Source: Mobula hypostoma (lineage: Eukaryota). Taken from it: a stretch of DNA of 64,000 bases. Made by a program: the position numbers and the translations under genes. The stretch is from assembly GCF_963921235.1 (NCBI RefSeq), contig NC_086108.1, positions 99,078,001 through 99,142,000 on the forward strand, read 5' to 3'. Below are positions 49,301-64,000 of this stretch, piece by piece; within the stretch, counting starts at the first letter, position 1; each line of letters opens with the position of its first letter. The notes under the pieces were generated by a model. The model saw only the letters and a program-made list of their open reading frames with translations. It was not told the DNA's origin and did not search any database.

Positions 49301-52300
49301 CACCTACACCAGACAGCATGTAATCCTTATCCACCCCTCACCACCTCATCCTACACCAGACAGCATGTACTCCTTACCCCCTCAGCACCTCACCTACACC
49401 AGACAGAATGTACTCCTTATCCCCCCTCACCACCTCACCTACACCAGACAGCATGTACTCCTTATCCCCCTCACAACCTCACCGACATCAGACAGCATGT
49501 ACTCCTTATCCCCGCTTCGCCACCTCACCTACACCAGACAGCATTTACTCCTGACCCCCCTCACCACCTCACCTGCACCAGACAGCATGTACTCCTTAAC
49601 CCCTCCTCACCAGCTCACCTTCACCAGACAGCATGTACACCTTATCCCTCCCTCACCACCTCACCTACACCAGGCAGCATGTACTCCGTACCCCTCCTCA
49701 CCACCTCACCTACACCAGACAGCATGTACTCCTTATCCCCCTGAACACCTCACGTACACCAGACAGCATGAACACCTTACCCCCCTCAGCACCTCACCTA
49801 CACCAGACAGCATGTACTCCTTATCCCCCCTCACCCCCTCACCTACACCAGACAGCATGTACTCCTTATCCCCCTCACCACCTCACATACACCAGGCAGC
49901 ATGTACTCCTTATCCCCCTCACCACCTCACCTTCACCAGACAGCATGTACTCATTATCCCTCCTACCACCTCAACGACACCACACAGCATGTACTCCATA
50001 TCCCCTCAACACCTCGCCTACACCAGACAGCATGTACTCCTTATCCCCCCCTCAACACGTCACCTACAGCAGACAGCATGTACTCCTTATCCCCCTCACC
50101 ACCTCACCTACACCAGACAGCATGTACTCCTTATCCCCCTCACCACCTCACCAACACCAGCCAACATGTACTCCTTATCCCCCTCACCACCTCACCTACA
50201 CCAGACAGCATGTACTCCTTATCCCCCTCACCTACACCAGACAGCATGTACTCCTTATCCCGCTCACCACCTCACCTACACCAGACAGAATGTACTCCTT
50301 ATCCCCCCTCACCATCTCACCTACACCAGACAGCATGTATTCCTTACCCACCTCACCACCTCACCTGCACCAGACAGCATGTACTCCTCAGCCCCCACTC
50401 AACACCTCACCTACACCAGACAGCATGTACTCCTTATCCCCCTCACCACCTCATCCTACACCAGACAGCATGTACTCCTTATTCCCCCTCACCACCTCAT
50501 CCTACACCAGACAGCATGTACTCCTTAACCCCCTCACCACCTCATCCTACACCAGACAGCATGTACTCCTTATCCCCCCCTCACCTACACCAGATTGCAT
50601 GTACTCCTTACCCCCATCACCACCTCACCTACACCAGACAGCATGTACTCCTTATCCCACCCTCACCACCTCACCTACACCAGACAGCATGTACTCCTTA
50701 ACCCCCTCACCACCTCACCTGCACCAGATAGCATGTACTCCTTAACCCCCTCACCACCTCACCTACACCAGACAGCATGTACTCCTTATCCCCCCCTCAA
50801 CAGCTCACCTACACCAGACAGCATGTACTCCTTATTCCTCCCTCACCACCTCACCGACACCAGACAGCATTGTACTCCTTATCCCCCCTTCACCAGCTCA
50901 CCTACACCAGGCAGCATGTACTCCTTACCCCCCCTCACCACTCACCTACACCAGACAGCATGTATTCCTTACACCCCCCTCACCACCTCACCTACACCAG
51001 ATAGCATGTACTCCTTATCCCCCTGAACACCTCACGTACACCAGACAGCAGGAACTCCTTACCCCCCTCACCACCTCACCTACACCAGACAGCATGTACT
51101 CCTTATCCCCCCTCACCACCTCACCTACACCAGACAGCATGTACTCCTTATCCCCCTCACCACCTCACCTACACCAGACAGCATGTACTCCTTATCCCCC
51201 TCACCACCTCACCTACACCAGACAGCGTGTACTCCTTATCGCCCCTTCGCAACCTCACCTACACCAGACAGCATGAACTCCTTATCCCCCTCACCACCTC
51301 ACCTGCACCAGACAGCATGTACTCCTTACCCCCCCTCACCACCTCACCTACACCAGACAGCATGTAATCCTTATCCACCCCTCACCACCTCATCCTACAC
51401 CAGACAGCATGTACTCCTTACCCCCTCAGCACCTCACCTACACCAGACAGAATGTACTCCTTATCCCCCCTCACCACCTCACCTACACCAGACAGCATGT
51501 ACTCCTTATCCCCCTCACCACCTCACCTACACCAGACAGCATGTACTCCGTATCCCCCTCACCACTTCACCTTCACCAGACAGCATGTACTCCTTATCCC
51601 CCTCACCACCTCACCTACACCAGACAGCATGTACTCCTTACCCCGCCTCACCATCTCACCTACACCAGACAGCATGTACTCCTTATCCCCCTCACCACCT
51701 CACCTACACCAGACAGCATGTACTCCTTACCCCCTCAGCACCTCACCTACACCAGACAGAATGTACTCCTTATCCCCCCTCACCACCTCACCTACACCAG
51801 ACAGCATGTACTCCTTATCCCCCCCTCACCACCTCACCTACACCAGACAGCATGTACTCCTTATCCCCCTCACCACCTCACCTACACCAGACAGCATGTA
51901 CTCCGTATCCCCCTCACCACCTCACCTTCACCAGACAGCATGTACTCCTTATCCCCCCCTCACCACCTCACCTACACCAGACAGCATGTACTCCTTATCC
52001 CCCCTCACCACCTCACCTACACCAGACAGCATGTACTCCTTATCCCCCTCACCACCTCACCTACACCAGGCAGCATGTACTCCTTATCCCCCTCACCAGC
52101 TCACCTACACCAGGCAGCATGTACTCCTTATCCCCCCCTCACCACCTCACCTACACCAGACAGCATGTACTCCTTATCCCCCTCACCACCTCACCTACAC
52201 CAGACAGCATGTACTCCTTATCCCCCTCACCAGCTCACCTACTCCAGGCAGCATGTACTCCTTATCCCCCCCTCACCACCTCACCTACACCAGACAGCAT

Positions 52301-55300
52301 GTACTCCTTATCCCCCCTCACCCCCTCACCTACACCAGACAGCATGTACTCCTTACCGCCCCTCACCACATCACCTACACCAGACAGCATGTACTCCTTA
52401 CCCCCGCCTCACCAGCTCACCTACACCAGACAGCATGTACTCCTTACCGCCCCTCACCACCTCACCTACACCAGACAGCATGTACTCCTTATCCCCCTCA
52501 CCACCTCACCTACACCAGACAGCATGTACTCCTTATCCCCCGCTCACCAGCTCACCTACACCAGACAGCATGTACTCCTTATCCCCCTCAGCACCTCACC
52601 TACACCAGACAGCATGTACTCCTTATCCGCCCCTCACCACCTCACCTACACCAGACAGCATGTACTCCTTATCCCCCGTCAACACCACAAATACACCAGA
52701 CAGCATGTACTCCTTATCCCCCGTCACCACCTCACCTACACCAGACAGCATGTACTCCTTATCCCCACCTCGCCACCTCACCTACACCAGACAGCATTTA
52801 CTCCTTATCCCCCTCACCACCTCACCTACACCAGACAGCATGTACTCCTTATCCCCCTCACCACTTCACCTACACCAGACAGCGTGTACTCCTTATCCCC
52901 CCTTCGCCACCTCACCTACACCAGACAGCATGTACTCCCTATCCCCCCCTCGCCACCTCACCTACACCAGACAGCATGTACTCCTTAACCCCCTCACCAC
53001 CTCACCTACACCAGACAGCATGTACTCCTTAACCCCCTCACCACCTCACCTACACCAGACAGCATGTACTCCTTATCCCCCTCACCACCTCACCTACACC
53101 AGACAGCATGTACTCCTTATCCCCCTCACCACCTCATCCTACACCAGACATCATGTACTCCTTATCCCCCTCACCACCTCACCTACACCAGACAGCATGT
53201 ACTCCTTATCCCCCTCACAACCTCACCGACATCAGACAGCATGTACTCCTTATCCCCGCTTCGCCACCTCACCTACACCAGACAGCATTTACTCCTGACC
53301 CCCCTCACCACCTCACCTGCACCAGACAGCATGTACTCCTTAACCCCTCCTCACCAGCTCACCTTCACCAGACAGCATGTACTCCTTATCCCTCCCTCAC
53401 CACCTCACCTACACCAGGCAGCATGTACTCCTTACCCCTCCTCACCACCTCACCTACACCAGACAGCATGTACTCCTTATCCCCCTGAACACCTCACGTA
53501 CACCAGACAGCATGAACACCTTACCCCCCTCAGCACCTCACCTACACCAGACAGCATGTACTCCTTATCCCCCCTCACCCCCTCACCTACACCAGACAGC
53601 ATGTACTCCTTATCCCCCTCACCACCTCACATACACCAGGCAGCATGTACTCCTTATCCCCCTCACCACCTCACCTTCACCAGACAGCATGTACTCCTTA
53701 TCCCCCTCACCACCTCACATACACCAGACAGCATGTACTCCTTATCCCCCCCTCACCACCTCACCTACACCAGATTGCATGTACTCCTTACCCCCATCAC
53801 CACCTCACCTACACCAGACAGCATGTACTCCTTATCCCCCCCTCACCACCTCACCTACACCAGACAGCATGTACTCCTTATCCCCCGTCACCACCTCACC
53901 TACACCAGACAGCATGTACTCCATATCCCGCTCACCACCTCACCTACACCAGACAGCATGTACTCCTTATCCCCCTCACCACCTCACCTTCACCAGACAG
54001 CATGTACTCCTTAACCCCCTCACCACCTCACCTACACCAGACAGCATGTACTCCTTATCCCCCTCACCACCTCACCTACACCAGACAGCTTGTACTCCTT
54101 ACACACCCTCACCACCTCACCTACACCAGACAGCATGTACTCCTTACCCCCCTCACCACCTCACCTACACCAGACAGCATGTACTCCTTATCCCCCCTCA
54201 CCACCTCACCTACACCAGACAGCATGTACTCCTTATCACTCTCACCACCTCACCTACACCAGACAGCATGTACTCCTTATCCCCCCCTCACCACCTCACC
54301 TACACCAGACAGCATGTACTCCTTAATCCCCCCACCACCTCACCTACACCAGACAGCATGTACTCCTTAATCCCCCCACCACCTCACCTACACCAGACAG
54401 CATGTACTCCTTATCCCCCGTCACCACCTCACTGACATCAGACAGCATGTACTCCTGACCCCCCTCACCACCTCACCTGCACCAGACAGCATGTACTCCT
54501 AACCCCCTCACCACCTCACCTACACCAGACAGCATGTACTCCTTATCCCCCTCACCACCTCACATACACCAGACAGCATGTACTCCTTATCCCCCTCACC
54601 ACCTCACCTACACCAGACAGCATGTACTCCTTATCCCCCTCACCACTTCACCTACACCAGACAGCGTGTACTCCTTATCCCCCCTTCGCCACCTCACCTA
54701 CACCAGACAGCATGTACTCCATATCCCCCCCTCGCCACCTCACCTACACCAGACAGCATGTACTCCTTAACCCCCTCACCACCTCACCTACACCAGACAG
54801 CATGTACTCCTTAACCCCCTCACCACCTCACCTACACCAGACAGCATGTACTCCTTATCCCCCTCACCACCTCACCTACACCAGACAGCATGTACTCCTT
54901 ATCCCCCTCACCACCTCATCCTACACCAGACATCATGTACTCCTTATCCCCCTCACCACCTCACCTACACCAGACAGCATGTACTCCTTATCCCCCTCAC
55001 AACCTCACCGACATGAGACAGCATGTACTCCTTATCCCCGCTTCGCCACCTCACCTACACCAGACAGCATTTACTCCTGACCCCCCTCACCACCTCACCT
55101 GCACCAGACAGCATGTACTCCTTAACCCCTCCTCACCAGCTCACCTTCACCAGACAGCATGTACTCCTTATCCCTCCCTCACCACCTCACCTACACCAGG
55201 CAGCATGTACTCCTTACCCCTCCTCACCACCTCACCTACACCAGACAGCATGTACTCCTTATCCCCCTGAACACCTCACGTACACCAGACAGCATGAACA

Positions 55301-58300
55301 CCTTACCCCCCTCAGCACCTCACCTACACCAGACAGCATGTACTCCTTATCCCCCCTCACCCCCTCACCTACACCAGACAGCATGTACTCCTTATCCCCC
55401 TCACCACCTCACATACACCAGGCAGCATGTACTCCTTAACCCCCTCACCACCTCACCTTCACCAGACAGCATGTACTCCTTATCCCCCTCACCACCTCAC
55501 ATACACCAGACAGCATGTACTCCTTATCCCCCCCTCACCACCTCACCTACACCAGATTGCATGTACTCCTTACCCCCATCACCACCTCACCTACACTTGA
55601 CAGCATGTACTCCTTATACCCCCCTCACCACCTCACCTACACCAGACAGCATGTACTCCTTATCCCCCGTCACCACCTCACCTACACCAGACAGCATGTA
55701 CTCCATATCCCGCTCACCACCTCACCTACACCAGACAGCATGTACTCCTTATCCCCCTCACCACCTCACCTTCACCAGACAGCATGTACTCCTTAACCCC
55801 CTCACCACCTCACCTACACCAGACAGCATGTACTCCTTATCCCCCTCACCACCTCACCTACACCAGACAGCTTGTACTCCTTACACACCCTCACCACCTC
55901 ACCTACACCAGACAGCATGTACTCCTTACCCCCCTCACCACCTCACCTACACCAGACAGCATGTACTCCTTATCCCCCCTCACCACCTCACCTACACCAG
56001 ACAGCATGTACTCCTTATCACTCTCACCACCTCACCTACACCAGACAGCATGTACTCCTTATCCCCCCCTCACCACCTCACCTACACCAGACAGCATGTA
56101 CTCCTTAATCCCCCCACCACCTCACCTACACCAGACAGCATGTACTCCTTAATCCCCCCACCACCTCACCTACACCAGACAGCATGTACTCCTTATCCCC
56201 CGTCACCACCTCACTGACATCAGACAGCATGTACTCCTGACCCCCCTCACCACCTCACCTGCACCAGACAGCATGTACTCCTAACCCCCTCACCACCTCA
56301 CCTACACCAGACAGCATGTACTCCTTATCCCCCTCACCACCTCACATACACCAGACAGCATGTACTCCTTATCCCCCTCACCACCTCACCTGCACCAGAC
56401 AGCAAGTACTCCTTACCCCGCCTCACCATCTCACCTACACCAGACAGCATGTACTCCTTATCCCCCTCACCACCTCACCTACACCAGACAGCATGTACTC
56501 CTTACCCCCTCAGCACCTCACCTACACCAGACAGAATGTACTCCTTATCCCCCCTCACCACCTCAGCTACACCAGACAGCATGTGCTCCTTATCCCCCTC
56601 ACCAGCTCACCTACACCAGGCAGCATGTACTCCTTATCCCCCCCTCACCACCTCACCTACACCAGACAGCATGTACTCCTTATCCCCCCTCACCCACACC
56701 AGACAGCATGTACTCCTTACAACCCCTCACCACCTCACCTACACCAGAGGCATGTACTCCTTATACCCCCCTCACCACCTCACCTACACCAGACAGCATG
56801 TACTCCTTATCCCCCCCTCACCACCTCACCTACACCAGACAGCATGTACTCCTTATCCCCCGTCAACACAACACCTACACCAGACAGCATGTACTCCTTA
56901 TCCCCCGTCAACACCACACCTACACCAGACAGCATGTACTCCTTATCCCCCCTCACCACCTCACCTACACCAGACAGCATGTACTCCTTATCCCCTTCAC
57001 CACCTCACCTACACCAGACAGCATGTACTCCTTATCCCCCTCACCACCTCACCTACACCAGACAGCATGTACTCCTTAACCCCCTCACCACCTCACCTAC
57101 ACCAGACAGCATGTACTCCTTATCCCCCTCACCACCTCACCTACACCAGACAGCATGTACTCCTTATCCCCCTCACCACCTCACCTACACCAGACAGCAT
57201 GTACTCCTTAACCCCCTCACCACCTCACCTACACCAGACAGCATGTACTCCTTAACCCCCGTCACCACCTCACCTACACAAGACAGCATGTACTCCTTAT
57301 CCCCCCTCGCCACCTCACCTACACCAGACAGCATGTACTCCTTAACCCCCTCACCACCTCGCCTACACCAGACAGCATGTACTCCTTATCCACCCTCACC
57401 ACCTCACCTACACCAGACAGCGTGTACTCCTTATCCCCGCCTCGCCACCTCACCTACACCAGACAGCATGTACTCCTTATCCCCCTCACCACCTCACCTA
57501 CACCAGACAGCGTGTACTCCTTATCCCCCCCTCGCCACCTCACCTACACCAGACAGCTTGTACTCCTTATCCCCCCTCACCACCTCACCTACAGCAGACA
57601 GCATGTACTCCTTATCCCCCTCACCACCTCACCGACATCAGACAGCAGGTACTCCTGACCCCCCTCACCACCTCACCTGCACCAGACAGCATGTACTCCT
57701 TATTCCTCCCTCACCACCTCACCGACACCAGACAGCATGTACTCCTTATCCCCCCCTCACCAGCTCACCTACACCAGGCAGCATGTACTCCTTACCCCGC
57801 CTCACCACTCACCTACACCAGACAGCATGTACTCCTTATCCCCCTCACCACCTCACCTACACCAGACAGCATGTACTCCTTAACCCCCGTCACCACCTCA
57901 CCTACACCAGACAGCATGTACTCCTTATCCCCCTGAACACCTCACGTACACCAGACAGCATGAACACCTTACCCCCCTCAGCACCTCACCTACACCAGAC
58001 AGCATGTACTCCTTATCCCCCCTCACCCCCTCACCTACACCAGACAGCATGTACTCCTTATCCCCCTCACCACCTCACATACACCAGGCAGCATGTACTC
58101 CTTATCCCCCTCACCACCTCACCTTCACCAGACAGCATGTACTCCTTATCCCCCTCACCACCTCACATACACCAGACAGCATGTACTCCTTATCCCCCCC
58201 TCACCACCTCACCTACACCAGATTGCATGTACTCCTTACCCCCATCACCACCTCACCTACACTTGACAGCATGTACTCCTTATCCCCCCCTCACCACCTC

Positions 58301-61300
58301 ACCTACACCAGACAGCATGTACTCCTTATCCCCCGGCACCACCTCACCTACACCAGACAGCATGTACTCCATATCCCGCTCACCACCTCACCTACACCAG
58401 ACAGCATGTACTCCTTATCCCCCTCACCACCTCACCTTCACCAGACAGCATGTACTCCTTAACCCCCTCACCACCTCACCTACACCAGACAGCATGTACT
58501 CCTTATCCCCCTCACCACCTCACCTACACCAGACAACTTGTACTCCTTACACACCCTCACCACCTCACCTACACCAGACAGCATGTACTCCTTACCCCCC
58601 TCACCACCTCACCTACACCAGACAGCATGTACTGCTTATCCCCCCTCACCACCTCACCTACACCAGACAGCATGTACTCCTTATCACTCTCACCACCTCA
58701 CCTACACCAGACAGCATGTACTCCTTATCCCCCCCTCACCACCTCACCTACACCAGACAGCATGTACTCCTTAATCCCCCCACCACCTCACCTACACCAG
58801 ACAGCATGTACTCCTTAATCCCCCCACCACCTCACCTACACCAGACAGCATGTACTCCTTATCCCCCGTCACCACCTCACTGACATCAGACAGCATGTAC
58901 TCCTGACCCCCCTCACCACCTCACCTGCACCAGACAGCATGTACTCCTAACCCCCTCACCACCTCACCTACACCAGACAGCATGTACTCCTTATCCCCCT
59001 CACCACCTCACATACACCAGACAGCATGTACTCCTTATCCCCCTCACCACCTCACCTGCACCAGACAGCAAGTACTCCTTACCCCGCCTCACCATCTCAC
59101 CTACACCAGACAGCATGTACTCCTTATCCCCCTCACCACCTCACCTACACCAGACAGCATGTACTCCTTACCCCCTCAGCACCTCACCTACACCAGACAG
59201 AATGTACTCCTTATCCCCCCTCACCACCTCAGCTACACCAGACAGCATGTGCTCCTTATCCCCCTCACCAGCTCACCTACACCAGGCAGCATGTACTCCT
59301 TATCCCCCCCTCACCACCTCACCTACACCAGAGGCATGTACTCCTTATACCCCCCTCACCACCTCACCTACACCAGACAGCATGTACTCCTTATCCCCCC
59401 CTCACCACCTCACCTACACCAGACAGCATGTACTCCTTATCCCCCGTCAACACCACACCTACACCAGACAGCATGTACTCCTTATCCCCCCTCACCACCT
59501 CACCTACACCAGACAGCATGTACTCCTTATCCCCTTCACCACCTCACCTACACCAGACAGCATGTACTCCTTATCCCCCTCACCACCTCACCTACACCAG
59601 ACAGCATGTACTCCTTAACCCCCTCACCACCTCACCTACACCAGACAGCATGTACTCCTTATCCCCCTCACCACCTCACCTACACCAGACAGCATGTACT
59701 CCTTATCCCCCTCACCACCTCACCTACACCAGACAGCATGTACTCCTTAACCCCCTCACCACCTCACCTACACCAGACAGCATGTACTCCTTAACCCCCG
59801 TCACCACCTCACCTACACAAGACAGCATGTACTCCTTATCCCCCCTCGCCACCTCACCTACACCAGACAGCATGTACTCCTTAACCCCCTCACCACCTCG
59901 CCTACACCAGACAGCATGTACTCCTTATCCACCCTCACCACCTCACCTACACCAGACAGCGTGTACTCCTTATCCCCCCCTCGCCACCTCACCTACACCA
60001 GACAGCATGTACTCCTTATCCCCCTCACCACCTCACCTACACCAGACAGCGTGTACTCCTTATCCCCCCCTCGCCACCTCACCTACACCAGACAGCTTGT
60101 ACTCCTCATCCCCCCTCACCACCTCACCTACAGCAGACAGCATGTACTCCTTATCCCCCTCACCACCTCACCGACATCAGACAGCAGGTACTCCTGACCC
60201 CCCTCACCACCTCACCTGCACCAGACAGCATGTACTCCTTATTCCTCCCTCACCACCTCACCGACACCAGACAGCATGTACTCCTTATCCCCCCCTCACC
60301 AGCTCACCTACACCAGGCAGCATGTACTCCTTACCCCGCCTCACCACTCACCTACACCAGACAGCATGTACTCCTTATCCCCCTCACCACCTCACCTACA
60401 CCAGACAGCATGTACTCCTTAACCCCCGTCACCACCTCACCTACACAAGACAGCATGTACTCCTTATCCCCCCTCGCCACCTCACCTACACCAGACAGCA
60501 TGTACTCCTTAACCCCCTCACCACCTCGCCTACACCAGACAGCATGTACTCCTTATCCACCCTCACCACCTCACCTACACCAGACAGCGTGTACTCCTTA
60601 TCCCCCCCTCGCCACCTCACCTACACCAGACAGCATGTACTCCTTATCCCCCTCACCACCTCACCTACACCAGACAGCGTGTACTCCGTATCCCCCCCTC
60701 GCCACCTCACCTACACCAGACAGCTTGTACTCCTTATCCCCCCTCACCACCTCACCTACAGCAGACAGCATGTACTCCTTATCCCCCTCACCACCTCACC
60801 GACATCAGACAGCAGGTACTCCTGACCCCCCTCACCACCTCACCTGCACCAGACAGCATGTACTCCTTATTCCTCCCTCACCACCTCACCGACACCAGAC
60901 AGCATGTACTCCTTATCCCCCCCTCACCAGCTCACCTACACCAGGCAGCATGTACTCCTTACCCCCCCTCACCACTCACCTACACCAGACAGCATGTATT
61001 CCTTACACCCCCCTCACCACCTCACCTACACCAGATAGCATGTACTCCTTATCCCCCTGAACACCTCACGTACACCAGACAGCAGGAACTCCTTACCCCC
61101 CTCACCACCTCACCTACACCAGACAGCATGTACTCCTTATCCCCCCTCCCCACCTCACCTACACCAGACAGCATGTACTCCTTATCCCCCTCACCACCTC
61201 ACCTACACCAGACAGCATGTACTCCTTATACCCCTCACCACCTCACCTACACCAGACAGCATGTACTCCTTATCCCCCTCACCACCTCACCTACACCAGA

Positions 61301-64000
61301 CAGCATGTACTCCTTATCCCCCTCACCACCTCACCTACACCAGACAGCGTGTACTCCTTATCGCCCCTTCGCAACCTCACCTACACCAGACAGCATGAAC
61401 TCCTTAACCCCCTCACCACCTCACCTACACCAGACAGCATGTACTCCTTATCCCCCTCACCACCTCACCTACACCAGACAGCATGTACTCCTTATCCCCC
61501 TCACCACCTCACATACACCAGACAGCATGTACTCCTTATCCCCCTCACCACCTCACCTGCACCAGACAGCAAGTAACCATCTCACCTACACCAGACAGCA
61601 TGTACTCCTTATCCCCCTCACCACCTCACCTACACCAGACAGCATGTACTCCTTACCCCCTCAGCACCTCACCTACACCAGACAGAATGTACTCCTTATC
61701 CCCCCTCACCACCTCACCTACACCAGACAGCATGTACTCCTTATCCCCCCCTCACCACCTCACCTACACCAGACAGCATGTACTCCTTATCCCCCTCACC
61801 ACCTCACCTACACCAGACAGCATGTACTCCGTATCCCCCTCACCACCTCACCTTCACCAGACAGCATGTACTCCTTATCCCCTGCTCACCACCTCACCTA
61901 CACCAGACAGCATGTACTCCTTATCCCCCCTCACCACCTCACCTACACCAGACAGCATGTACTCCTTATCCCCCTCACCACCTCACCTACACCAGGCAGC
62001 ATGTACTCCTTATCCCCCCCTCACCACCTCACCTACACCAGACAGCATGTACTCCTTATCCCCCTCACCAGCTCACCTACACCAGGCAGCATGTACTCCT
62101 TATCCCCCCCTCACCACCTCACCTACACCAGACAGCATGTACTCCTTATCCCCCCTCACCCCCTCACCTACACCAGACAGCATGTACTCCTTACCGCCCC
62201 TCACCACATCACCTACACCAGACAGCATGTACTCCTTACCCCCGCCTCACCAGCTCACCTACACCAGACAGCATGTACTCCTTACCGCCCCTCACCACCT
62301 CACCTACACCAGACAGCATGTACTCCTTATCCCCCTCACCACCTCACCTACACCAGACAGCGTGTACTCCTTATCCCCCCTTCGCCACCTCACCTACACC
62401 AGACAGCATGTACTCCTTATCCCCCCCTCGCCACCTCACCTACACCAGACAGCATGTACTCCTTAACCCCCTCACCACCTCACCTACACCAGACAGCATG
62501 TACTCCTTAACCCCCTCACCACCTCACCTACACCAGACAGCATGTACTCCTTATCCCCCTCACCACCTCACCTGCACCAGACATCATGTACTCCTTATCC
62601 CCCTCACCACCTCACCTACACCAGACAGCATGTACTCCTTATCCCAATCACAACCTCACCGACATCAGACAGCATGTACTCCTTATCCCCCTCACCACCT
62701 CACCTACACCAGACAGCATGTACTCCTTATCCCCCTCACCAGCTCACCTACACCAGGCAGCATGTACTCCTTATCCCCCCCTCACCACCTCACCTACACC
62801 AGACAGCATGTACTCCTTATCCCCCCTCACCCCCTCACCTACACCAGACAGCATGTACTCCTTACCGCCCCTCACCACATCACCTACACCAGACAGCATG
62901 TACTCCTTACCCCCGCCTCACCAGCTCACCTACACCAGACAGCATGTACTCCTTACCGCCCCTCACCACCTCACCTATACCAGACAGCATGTACTCCTTA
63001 TCCCCCTCACCACCTCACCTACACCAGACAGCATGTACTCCTTATCCCCCCCTCACCAGCTCACCTTCACCAGACAGCATGTACTCCTTATCCCCCTCAG
63101 CACCTCACCTACACCAGACAGCATGTACTCCTTATCCGCCCCTCACCACCTCACCTACACCAGACAGCATGTACTCCTTATCCCCCGTCAACACCACAAA
63201 TACACCAGACAGCATGTACTCCTTATCCCCCGTCACCACCTCACCTGCACCAGACAGCATGTACTCCTTATCCCCACCTCGCCACCTCACCTACACCAGA
63301 CAGCATGTACTCCTTATCCCCCTCACCACCTCACCTACACCAGACAGCATGTACTCCTTATCCCCCTCACCACCTCACCTACACCAGACAGCGTGTACTC
63401 CTTATCCCCACTTCGCCACCTCACCTACACCAGACAGCATGTACTCCTTATCCCCCCCTCGCCACCTCACCTACACCAGACAGCATGTACTCCTTAACCC
63501 CCTCACCAGCTCACCTACACCAGACAGCATGTACTCCTTAACCCCCTCACCACCTCACCTACAAAAGACAACATGTACTCCTTATCCCCCTCACCACCTC
63601 ATCCTACACCAGACATCATGTACTCCTTATCCCCCTCACCACCTCACCTACACCAGACAGCATGTACTCCTTATCCCCCTCACAACCTCACCGACATCAG
63701 ACAGCATGTACTCCTTATCCCCGCTTCGCCACCTCACCTACACCAGACAGCATGTACTCCTTATCCCCCCTCACCACCTCACCTACACCAGACAGCATGT
63801 ACTCCTTATACCCCTCACCACCTCACCTACAGCAGACAGCATGTACTCCTTATCCCCCTCACCACCTCACCGACATCAGACAGCAGGTACTCCTGACCCC
63901 CCTCACCACCTCACCTGCACCAGACAGCATGTACTCCTTATTCCTCCCTCACCACCTCACCGACACCAGACAGCATGTACTCCTTATCCCCCCCTCACCA
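28335..64000. repeat. Tandem satellite/minisatellite array, 44-46-bp monomer, ~800 copies, continuing past the window end
   Basis: Consensus C(5-7)TCACCACCTCACCTACACCAGACAGCATGTACTCCTTAT repeated head-to-tail with no spacers. Length variation lies mostly in the C run. Confidence 0.99.

Noticed and set aside
28226..63896. Dozens of long Pro/His/Thr/Ser-rich ORFs (up to 1274 aa) resembling extensins or mucins
   Set aside because: They are open in all three frames because the monomer lacks stops, and the frame shifts with each C-run change. There is no length-of-three constraint, unique domain or splice evidence.
28381..64000. CRISPR-like array
   Set aside because: No unique spacers, no cas genes, and the context is eukaryotic.

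Overview
Vertebrate, repeat-dominated non-genic DNA. The repeat families resemble those of cartilaginous fishes (inference). No host protein-coding exon could be supported. Positions 1-28.3 kb are a mosaic of transposons: Penelope-like elements (PLEs) with GIY-YIG remnants and minimal hammerhead ribozyme motifs, two Dong/R4-like fragments, many CR1 fragments, Rex1/Babar remnants, a young 5'-truncated L1 with a 17-bp TSD, and Tc1- and hAT-type MITEs. There is also a repeat-free block rich in SOX/octamer/homeobox motifs. From ~28.35 kb to the window end runs a >35-kb tandem array of a 44-46-bp C-rich monomer (~800 copies) with higher-order duplications; all the long Pro/His/Thr ORFs there are artefacts of a stop-free monomer. 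Two findings stand out. (1) Three full-length, TSD-flanked, ~550-590-bp non-coding retroposons of two families start at the predicted cleavage site of an HDV-like ribozyme fold that carries an atypical extra hairpin in L3. (2) The satellite appears to have grown in place out of a Penelope pseudo-LTR.
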